In this document: piece after piece, positions 1 to 9,885 of the stretch | Position numbering within the stretch: position 1 is the first letter of the stretch | Layout of the letters: the number at the start of each line of letters is the position of its first letter | Assembly (NCBI GenBank): GCA_012295275.1 | Contig: CM022679.1 | Location: 7,812,001-7,876,000 of the forward strand | Reading direction: 5' to 3' | DNA from: Chrysomallon squamiferum | Taxonomy: Eukaryota > Animalia > Mollusca | Length of the DNA: 64,000 bases | Position numbers and translations under genes: made by a program | Notes under the pieces: model-generated | What the model saw: only the letters and a program-made list of their open reading frames with translations | What the model was told of the DNA's origin: nothing | The model's database searches: none

Positions 1-307
1 CTTTCTAAAACATATTACAAGAAATATCAAAACATACATTTTTCAAAAACAACTACTTTTTGTTCATCTATTACCAATATGTAGAAGAGAAAACCAGATT
101 TTAATTACATATTAAATCATGGCAAAAATGATGGGATTTTGTGAAGAAAAGCTTTTATAATAAGAACTGTGAGTGAAAGTGAGTGAAATTAATTAACTAA
201 TTAGTTATTCACTTAATATATTCACACACGTGTACACACACAAAAAAATTCATGCCTCAACAAAAATGGTGTAGAGGAAATGAAATAATCTAACAACAAC
301 CACAAAC

Positions 308-439
308 CTTTCTAAGGTTACGTATCTTGATTCCAGCCTTCAGTCCCACAGGATCTTTTTCAAACAAATCAGGGTCCTGGCCTACACTGTCTTCATCGAT
401 ATATTTATTACCATGTTTGTAGCCACACCAGTATGTAAG
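308..439 (-). CDS. ABCA3: ABCA3-like coding exon 7 (LTYWCGYKHG...FEKDPVGLKAGIKIRNLRK), linker into NBD1
   Basis: Not in the ORF track; translated by hand. 132 nt, phase 0-0, YWCG and FExxPxxLxxGIxIxNLxK motifs, TAG acceptor and GT donor. Confidence 0.92.
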
Positions 440-917
440 CTACAAAGAGCATTCAGAAAACAGGTCTCAGATTTTCATTATAGCATGTAACAACAAAAAA
501 ATTCAACTTTATATTATATATGTTTAATGTATATGAAGGTGTATACTATATTAATTGATTTTCACTTGTCTGTATTATGACTGACACAGAGAATCTTTTT
601 TATTTATTTATTTACTATAAAAGCATATTCCACTGCTTTCATGCATCAAATACATTTTTAAAAATCATTGATTAGAAAACAGACTGAAGTTACATTACAT
701 CTCTGTCAGTTTCTGTCACATATATATTAATTTTACCTCTTAACTACTTCTTTCAGTTATCTTATAAAATTAAAGTCAAGCCTGAAAATCAGTTCACATT
801 TTTTTTTTCATTGTTCATTTTACTTAATATTAACTGACTGGCAGCCTGTCATAAACAAACACTGTATTAGACTGCCTCCATGGATCCTCAAAATGGTTTG
901 GGTTTTATTAAACTTAC

Positions 918-1099
918 TGTGAATGGAAAATACCAAGGTTTTGGAACGCCAAACTCTCCTGGGAAAACAGCCTCAATATACCAAGTGAGAACTCCATAGA
1001 GAAAACTGTCAAACACCAGCATAATAAACACATGTAGGAGAGCAAAATCATCATCAATTGATGCTCCCTTTGAGAAATTATCCCACTGCACTCCAGCAC
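918..1099 (-). CDS. ABCA3: ABCA3-like coding exon 6 (GAGVQWDNF...WYIEAVFPGEFGVPKPWYFPFT)
   Basis: GxQW and WYxEAVFPGxFGVPxPWYF motifs. CAG acceptor, GTAAGT donor, phase 1-0. Confidence 0.96.
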
Positions 1100-1129
1100 C
1101 TGAACAAAATAATAATAATAATAATAATA

Positions 1130-1161
<32 letters not shown>

Positions 1162-2107
1162 AAATACTGTTATAATAAAAATAACAGAAAGAAATTCATA
1201 TAAAAATTGTTCATGATATTCAAAAACAAAACAGAAAAATAATTCCAGCAGCATTAATTTTAAAAATTAAATAAATAAATAAATAAATATTCCAAAAATA
1301 ATACCCCCCAACAGAAAAAAATCTAGTAAGAGAAAAAAAAGCAAAAATAAATTAGGTAAGAGATTGAAAAATAATAATAATTAAGAAATTAAATTAAATT
1401 TTAGAATCTAATAACATTTTATTCAAATAAAACATTACAAAAACTTATTACAAACAGAAAAGATCCATTATTACATGCCAGAAAATGTATTCTCAAAATA
1501 ATTAGACTAGTAAGTATGTTCTTTACTGTTAAGAAAAATGTCATTTTAAAATATTATCTTTCTTTTATTGATTTTTGCTCCTGAGAGATAGTTCAATATG
1601 GCAGCTCTGTCCTCATTACTGATTATACTGTTACCAAGCAACTGTTAATAAATCATTAGCTAAGCTGTTTTATCTGTTAATCTGTCAGATCTGAAGACAT
1701 TTTTAAATACGTAGAAAAGCTATGCACATTCAGCAGCTTGTTTTAGTAATCTCGCAGTTTATCGATTCTTATTTCCTTTTCTTTTCTTTTTTTGGCCTTA
1801 ATATCCGAGTCATGCCAGCTTTGTTAACTATTGATTTGGTTTGTTTTTACTGCAGATATAAATCAGAAAGCAGAAAGCAGAAAAACAAATTGAATCTTTT
1901 TTTTTTCTTTTTTTTTAAATATTTGTAAAATGTATTATTATAACAAGATGATATTTAACATCAAATAAAATCCATCATTTGAAAGCATTAAGTTTTTAGT
2001 ATACACTTCAACTTAAAATTTGACATGCAGCAATGTGAATAAAATTACATTGTTAATATACCATTATTACTGATAACACTTTTTCCTCTGTTTCATTATT
2101 ATCATCA

Positions 2108-2173
<66 letters not shown>

Positions 2174-2293
2174 GTTGTTGTTTTTTGTGTGAGGGGTTAC
2201 TATTTTAATGGATATCTTTCCTAACATGAAATGTTGACAAATCTTAGTTAAAATTATACAGAATAAAAAAAAATGAAGTAAATATCAAGTTAC

Positions 2294-2467
2294 CGGTTCC
2301 TTCAAACATTCCAATAACCTGTCCTCCAAGTGCCAAAGCAATCTGAAAATCGAGTGAGAGGGCAATCTTCATAATCCAGTTCAGCGTGTCATATCGAGGC
2401 TGGATGAAGAAGTATGGTAGATAGCAACAGAAGAAGAGAATCCCACTTGCAGCAGCAGCTACATTGG
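2294..2467 (-). CDS. ABCA3: ABCA3-like coding exon 5 (ANVAAAASGILFFCCYLPYFFI...IGMFEGT)
   Basis: ANxAAA.GxxxFxxYxPY transmembrane motif. 174 nt, phase 1-1. Confidence 0.95.
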
Positions 2468-2803
2468 CTAAAAGTAAAGAATTTTTAAAAATTAATAAAT
2501 TATACATTAACTGAAAAATGTAAAAAATAATAATAATAATGATAAACAAAATTAAATTAAAACAAAAAAAAGTTATATAACTATTCTGTATGCAAGTTTA
2601 GTATTCGTGATTTGTACCTAATTAATGAATGCTTAATAAAAGGCCCAGCACAACAAAAGTATGATTTAGATGTTAAGAAAATGAATATTTGGTAGCAAAC
2701 AAAAAATTATTTCACTACTCAATATTTGAAAGACTTTCTTTTTAAAAATTTGTTTAGATGTTATGTTATGTTATTTTTTTATTTAAAAAAAAAAACTACT
2801 AAC

Positions 2804-3044
2804 CTGTTGAAAAAAAGACACTAATGAAGAAACAGAACATAATTGTTGAGATTGAGTACAACATCAGAAAGATGAAGAGCAGAAATGGGTTAGTTTTCCC
2901 AATGACGTTTTGTAGTTTGGGTCCAAATTTGACACTGTAGAAGAGAGTCATTATGAGGACTGAGATCATGAGAAACAAAAAGTATTTAAGGAACCAGGCA
3001 GTCCAGTGAAGCCAGTTACTCAGACCCATCATCTTCATTGATTC
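2804..3044 (-). CDS. ABCA3: ABCA3-like coding exon 4 (ESMKMMGLSNWLHWTAWF...FCFFISVFFST)
   Basis: ExMxxMGL..WxAWF motif of ABCA TMD1. Canonical splice sites, phase 0-1. Confidence 0.95.
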
Positions 3045-3248
3045 CTGAAAGCAAAAGATATAAGTAAAAACAAGATTGATGGTAATTCGCTAGACAACAA
3101 CAACAAAACAAATGCTATCACCTAGTTTTACTATCTGAGGATAACATGAAGGAAAAAAAATGAATGTTTTATTGGAAGGGCAAAACATTTATGTTTCAAA
3201 TAGAGACATAATTTAATTATTCGTTAAAAAACTTAATCAAAGGCTAAC

Positions 3249-3508
3249 CTTCAATTTTCTTTCCTTTTCATGCACCACGTCTTTGACAATGCTGAGAGCA
3301 ACGACGATAAAACTCAGCATCAGCAACATTGGAAACTGTTTCTGAATGACCAGAACAAAGTTGTCGTCATCGTACGGTGGGTATGGATGACGTCGCAGGC
3401 CCATCGTTGTGCTGTTGATCAGAGGCAGCGTTTCATTAGTTGCAAACTCTTCAAACAAAGCAAAGTTGATGGCATTCTGCACAGTGAGAAATCCTTTTTG
3501 ATAGTATC
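3249..3508 (-). CDS. ABCA3: ABCA3-like coding exon 3 (GYYQKGFLTVQNAI...RHPYPPYDDDNF...DVVHEKERKLK)
   Basis: ABCA motifs GFLxVQxAI, PYPPYxxD and EKExxLK. AG/GT boundaries, phase 1-0. Confidence 0.95.
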
Positions 3509-4113
3509 CTAAGGAAATACGTAAATGTATATTCTAGATTATATATATAAATAAATGTATTGTATCCTAGGTATAAAAAAAAAGAAAGAAAAAAAAGATG
3601 ACCTGTACATGTATATTTCTGTTATAGTGTAATATATAAAAATGAGGATAACAAGATACAGTTGTTATGTTGTGTTGATGACGATATATGATATGACTGT
3701 ATTGAAACAAAGAGTGTAAGAAGCTGTTACTGTTAGGACAAAATTTAGAATGACAAGATATGACTCTGATGTAACAATAACAATTAGAGTAACAAAATGT
3801 CACAGCTACACTAAAAGTGACAACAAATTACAACTATGATGCTAAACATGATATGAATGATATCAAGTCTGTGGAGTTACAATGAAGATAGCATGACATT
3901 AATGATGTTAAGACATGACATTAATGACGTTAAGACATGATATGAGTGATGTCAAGATGTGACTGTCATGTTACAATGACGATAACAAGATGTTACAGTG
4001 AATATAACAAAATAAGATTTTTTGGAGAAAAATTAAAATAATAAGATGTGACTGGATGGATGATACAGATGATGATACAATATGACAGTGATGATACAAT
4101 AAGATATAGTTAC

Positions 4114-4389
4114 CTGGATCTTTGCCACATGGTTGGCTTTTATCCCGTGGTCCTACTCTCTGGAATACAGGGAACTGTCGACCTGTCTCCCATTGTGAAC
4201 TGGAGGTGAATGAGCTGGACAAGCTTTTCTTGTGAACTTGATAACTCAGGCGTATTTTTACTGATATATTCGGTGAGAAGCTTGATCCATTGTTCTCAAA
4301 CTGGTTGGCAAAGACAATTCCACCAAGATACTTTTTAGTGTCATTCAGAAGAAACTGAACCATTTGATCTTTGGTATCAAACCCTTTAT
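4114..4389 (-). CDS. ABCA3: ABCA3-like coding exon 2 (YKGFDTKDQM...YLGGIVF...VKIRL...FPVFQRVGPRDK...DP)
   Basis: TTTTAACAG acceptor, GTAAC donor, 276 nt, phase 1-1. Extracellular domain 1 motifs (GIVF, IRL, GPR). Confidence 0.9.
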
Positions 4390-4984
4390 CTGTTAAAAAA
4401 AAGAAAGTATTCAGGGTCATTGGCTAAAGTATAACAAACAAGACATGATTTATCTTTCAGCTCAAACAAAACTTATTGCTTTGGCTTCTATGAAGTCTGC
4501 TTGCTTTTTATTTTTATTTTTATACAACATGATTCTGTTCAAAAATGCTTTTAGTTTTTCATAGCTTGCAGTGCCACTATATCTAAACTGAGCCCTGGGT
4601 AAACCGAAGCACAGCAATTGTGATCAAGTATCTCAGAAAATAGTACTGTTACTTTTGTGGTGTGTATAATAACATGTAGTATAATATATATTTAAATTAA
4701 TAACAAAATATGTCTCTTTGTAGATACACCATTAATAATATATAAAAGAAAAGAACGCACCATAATTTGGTTGCTTGCTTTTGAAATGATTATACTGCAA
4801 TCAAAATATTTTTCACATCTTTTCATGTTTATAGGCTAATAGCATAATAATAAATGAATGAGATTTTAGTGTTAAAATTTGCATGTGATTACAATCACTT
4901 ATTATTCTCATGGAGGCAAACTGCTTTGTTTTGTGGTTTTTTAAAGATAATTAAAAAAAAGCAAAAAAAAAAAAAGAAACTTAC

Positions 4985-5279
4985 AGGGAGGAACACTTGG
5001 CAGTATAGCATTCATTCTGTTTACAATTCTTCTGGTAGCTTCATTTTGTGGACAAAATGCAATGCCTCTTGGCAAATCTTTTGGGAATATCTCAAAAGAA
5101 CACTGATTCCATGTTGTCACATTCGTAATGCTGGTTTCTTCCACACGTTGTCTTATAACAATCAGAATAGCAGCAAAAAAAGTCGGCAGAAGTATTTCAA
5201 CACAAGTCAAGAATATCTTTCTCTTTTGTATGAGAAAGTTCTTCCACAGTAGCAAAGCAAACTGATTCCCTCTGGCCAT
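4985..5279 (-). CDS. ABCA3: ABCA3-like ABC transporter subfamily A, first coding exon (MARGNQFALLLWKNFLIQKRKIFLTCVEILLP...)
   Basis: N-terminus matches the ABCA signature QLxLLLWKNxxxQKR..xxEIxLP. ATG at 5279, GTAAG donor after 4985 (phase 1), upstream acceptors near 5407/5398. Gene model: join(5279-4985,4389-4114,3508-3249,3044-2804,2467-2294,1099-918,439-308), continuing past the window start; all phases compatible. Confidence 0.92.
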
Positions 5280-5869
5280 TTTGAATTCTTTTATTAAAAG
5301 GGACACTGTATACGTCTGTTGTTTTGTGTAGTCTGCATCCGGCGTTTAACTGTTATAATAAATTCCAGTTATAAAGAAGAAAAGTATAAAGCAGTTCCTG
5401 AATTGTCTGAAGGAAATAACTAGTTACATACACATGCTACAAACATAAATGGTACACCCACACACACAGGACCTTGAATTTAAAGAGACACACTAAAATT
5501 CCTCAATATTTTTTTTATTTTTTTATAGCAGATTAATTATCAGCTGTGAGCAGCCATCTTCCAAATGACGTTAACAAATGGGGATAAAATGTTGACAAAG
5601 TAAGGCAACATTAATTTAATGAATGACATTCCTATACATAGGTATGTGCAGATACTCGCGATTAGCGGCTGCGGTTTCTTACCAATTAGCTGTTCCACAG
5701 AAATCGTGTTTTGCATGAGGGGGGGCACCGTTTGTTCGCTTTTCATTGGATCGTGTTATATTCTTTCCTTGGGATTTCTGCACACAAACTCAGACGGGAT
5801 ATTGATAAATGCTCACGATTTCTAATATTTTGATTCCGTGGAGTTTTTCTGTGCCTACGCTGCCTTTTA

Positions 5870-7620
5870 GAAAATTACGAATTTTCAACACGCTTGAACT
5901 ACTAAAACCAGCTACTGGACACGAACGAAAGGTAAGTAGACATTAACTTTGGTTTTTTATCTTATTGTCTTTAAAATTTTATCAAAAGTTATGGTTTTTT
6001 TAAATTGTTATGATTGCCTCGTGAAATATGGTATTTTGGTCATTTCGGTGTTCGATCGCCATCGTGACACTTTTACAGAATTTTCAACATGCTACAATAA
6101 CTAAAACCGGTTACGTGACACGAATGAAAAGTAGCTGGACATAATAATTAGTTTTTTATATTATTGTCTTTAAAATTTTATCAAAATGGTTGGACGCATT
6201 CAACTGTTATGATCGCCTCGTCAAAAATGGTCTGTTGGTCATTTTGGTGTTCGGTCGCCATCTTGAAACTTTTACGGAATTTTCAACATGCTACAATAAC
6301 CGGTTACTGGACACGAACGAAAAGTAGCTGGACATAATAATTAGTTTTTTATCTTACTGTCTTTAAAATTTTATCAAAAGTTATGGTTTTTTTAAATTGT
6401 TATGATCGCCTCGTGAAATATGGTCTGTGTAATTTCGGTTTTCGATCGCCATCTTGAAACTTTTACGGAATTTTCAACATGCTACAATAACTAAAACCGG
6501 TTACGTGACACGAATGAAAAGTAGCTGGACATAATAATTAGTTTTTTATATTATTGTCTTTAAAATTTTATCAAAATGGTTGGACGCATTCAACTGTTAT
6601 GATCGCCTCGTCAAAAATGGTCTGTTGGTCATTTTGGTGTTCGGTCGCCATCTTGAAACTTTTACGGAATTTTCAACATGCTACAATAACCGGTTACTGG
6701 ACACGAACGAAAAGTAGCTGGACATAATAATTAGTTTTTTATCTTACTGTCTTTAAAATTTTATCAAAAGTTATGGTTTTTTTAAATTGTTATGATCGCC
6801 TCGTGAAATATGGTCTGTGTAATTTCGGTTTTCGATCGCCATCTTGAAACTTTTACGGAATTTTCAACATGCTACAATAACTAAAACCGGTTACGTGACA
6901 CGAATGAAAAGTAGCTGGACATAATAATTAGTTTTTTATATTATTGTCTTTAAAATTTTATCAAAATGGTTGGACGCATTCAACTGTTATGATCGCCTCG
7001 TCAAAAATGGTCTGTTGGTCATTTTGGTGTTCGGTCGCCATCTTGAAACTTTTACGGAATTTTCAACATGCTACAATAACCGGTTACTGGACACGAACGA
7101 AAAGTAGCTGGACATAATAATTAGTTTTTTATCTTACTGTCTTTAAAATTTTATCAAAAGTTATGGTTGCATTCAATTGTTATGATCGCCTCGTGAAATA
7201 TGGTCTGTGTAATTTCGGTTTTCGATCGCCATCTTGAAACTTTTACTTACGGAATTTTCAACATGCTACAATAACTAAAACCGGTTATGTGACACGAATG
7301 AAAAGAAGCTGGACATAATAATTAGTTTTATTATCTTTGAAATTTTATGAAGCAGCTTCGAGGCTCTTAATTGTAATTTTTACCTCGTGAAATATGGTTT
7401 GTTGGCGTTATATCGCCAGTTTGAGTTTTTGTTTTTTTCTTCAAAGTTACGAATGTTCAACATGCTACAGTCACTAAAAAACCGGTTACATGAGACGAAT
7501 GAAAAGTAGTTTTTTTTATCTAATTGTCTTTGAAATTTTGTCAAGCAGCTGAAAGCATGCTAACTAGTAAATCTAATCTTTATCTCGTCAAGCATGGTTA
7601 TTTCGACGTTAGATCGCCGA
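5870..7620. repeat. Tandem satellite array, ~9 monomers of ~191-199 bp arranged as 390-bp A/B dimers
   Basis: Anchor TTTACGGAATTTTCAACATGCTACAATAAC recurs at about 5875, 6071, 6271, 6461, 6661, 6851, 7051, 7245 and 7447. 6271/6661/7051 and 6461/6851 are exactly 390 apart and essentially identical; the outer monomers are diverged. Confidence 0.97.
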
Positions 7621-7632
7621 AGTGAAAGTGTC

Positions 7633-8518
7633 ATGGCAGACCAAACTTCCTGTATAAGGACTTACGTTTGAGAATGGATTATGCTGACTTAATACTTATT
7701 CTTCTTAAATTATCTTACATAAGAATGATGGACAAATATGTTCCTAACAATATATTGGTATTTTCATCCATAATTGTCTCAAATCTCAAGATGTTTTAGG
7801 ATTTTAAAATCATAAAGTTGACCAAACAATTATAATTTCTAAACACCAAATCAAATAAGCACTTGCTATTGTATTCTGTGTGGATTTAATTTGTATTGGT
7901 CATTCAAATTTTGCATTTCTTTTCATATAATGTTGTTGTTTTTTTTCCACAGTTCCTGCAACAGATGAGTTTTTGAAAGGACACGTGCTTTATATTTACA
8001 CTAGCTGTGGTAACAGTCGAGCAACAACAGTTAGTGAATTATGTAGTCATTTTTCACTAACTCCTACCCCTGTGTTGAGACTTTCTGATGAAGTGAAGAA
8101 AGTTGTGTACCAGTTCGATAAGTTTCGAAATCTGGCTTATGCTGTACAATTTACCAAATTTATGTGTTTATGTTCAGAAATTTTTTTATTGATTGAAAGC
8201 TGTAATCTTGAGGATGTACCCGGAAAACAAGATGAGCCCCAGCCTGGACCGAGTTGCAACCCACAATACGTTACTGCTTCCCCAGAACCACACAATCTAT
8301 TGGATAGCAGTTCACTCTGTGGAGAAGATTCAGAGGAACCTGCTATTCCAATATTGACAAAACCACCCATTAAAACCAGACAAACAAAAAAATGCCTTTC
8401 ATGCAAGTTATTAAATAACTCCTTAACAAATATGAGACTAAAACAGCTACAGCTTCAAAGGTCTACACACTTTGCAATCCGAGATGTGAGAGCACAGCAA
8501 AAGAAAAATAATATTTAA
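7633..8518 (+). CDS. Transposon-borne spliced ORF, 194 aa, join(7633-7651,7953-8518): MADQTSFPATDEFLKGHVLYIY...KCLSCKLL...QQKKNNI
   Basis: GTCATGG start, GT at 7652, strong (T)nCCACAG acceptor at 7952, phases match (1). Exon 2 is open for 566 nt; AATAAA at 8591. No recognisable domain; could be the N-terminal part of a transposase gene. Confidence 0.55.
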
Positions 8519-8649
8519 TTTTGAATTCTAGTAGATTTTTTATGTACAGTTAGAAAGGTCAATTTGTCGAATATTTCAAATATCATTTTTAATAAAATAT
8601 TGTGTATACATGCGTGCTTGCGTTTTAATTTTAAAATGTGCTAGAAAGA

Positions 8650-9885
8650 TCTGGCGCTGTTGAAAATGATTATATTTCTATAATCTATGTTGATTATATT
8701 TTTAATAGCTTGTAGGATGCATGTTTTATTGGATGTTGTGACTTTTACTAAATATAATATGTATTCGTTCTGAAATAAACGAATTAATATTGTTTTGCCG
8801 ATTACTAGCATTTGATGTTAACTATAATCCTCTGCAATACATAAACTCGTATAATCCTTGGAGTCGACTCCAGAAAGGTGTTGCCGGTCTTTATTAGGAG
8901 CAATACAATGTGTATGTAATCATGACAATTAAAGACACAGGTATTGTAACTGTCATTTGAAGCAGACAAAATAATTTTCTTGGCTTTGTGTTCGTACTTC
9001 CTGTGCTTTGACAGCAAACAAAATATACCTATCAATGTATCATGTGACCATCGCTGATGTTTTCTCTGATGGAGCAAATCAGCACTTGATGCAAAAATAG
9101 CCTAAGTTTTATCAATTTATGGTTTTATGATTAAAAAAATAGTGATAACATTCTATCACTACCTCTGGTACATAAATTCATGTTGTTTATATTTTAATAA
9201 CCTACTGGCTGTATCATTGTATGTTTTTCTTCAATGTTCCTATTTTTAGCTTATTCATTGTAGCACGTGCGTTGTGAGATCGCCGTGCATTGTTTCCTAC
9301 CTAGTCAAGTCACCGAAGACTTTATGTGCAACTACAAATAACTGGTGCTATTTTAAATGATTATATTTCTATAATCTGTGTTGATTATATTTTTAATAAC
9401 TTGTATAATGCATGTTTTATTATATGTTATGACTTTTACTGAATATAATTATAATATGAATACGTTCTGAAATAAACAAATTAATGTTTATCTATAATCC
9501 TCTGCAATACATAAACTCGTATAATAAATTGGAGTCTACTCCAGAAAGGTATTGCCGGTCTTAATTAGGAGCAGTACATTGTGTATGTAATCATGACACT
9601 AAAGACAGGTATGATAAGTGTCATTTGAAGCAGACAATAGAATTTTCATGGCTTTGTGTTTGTACTTCCTGTGATTTGACAGCAAACAAAAGGTACCTAT
9701 CAATGTATCATGTGACCATTGTTAATGTTTTCTCTGATGGAGCAAATCAAAATTTGAAGCAAAAATAGCCTAAGTTTTAAAACTGAACACTTTATGATTT
9801 ATCAGTTTATGGTTTTACGATTAAAAAGAAAAAGTTGTACGTTTCGTATTTAATATTCTATGAATACCTCTGGTAGTTAGATTCA
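8650..9885. repeat. Two diverged direct copies (~8650-9180 and ~9340-9885) inside the transposon
   Basis: Colinear blocks such as AATGATTATATTTCTATAATCT, CTATAATCCTCTGCAATACATAAACTCGTATAAT and GCAAAAATAGCCTAAGTTTTA occur twice, ~670-690 bp apart. Confidence 0.93.

Noticed and set aside
5870-7620. CRISPR-like array
   Set aside because: Whole ~195-bp units repeat with no unique spacers, there are no cas genes, and the context is eukaryotic; it is a tandem satellite.
8805-9077. 90-aa minus-strand ORF inside the transposon as a transposase remnant
   Set aside because: No recognisable motifs, and the duplicate copy at ~9480-9750 has frame-breaking indels.
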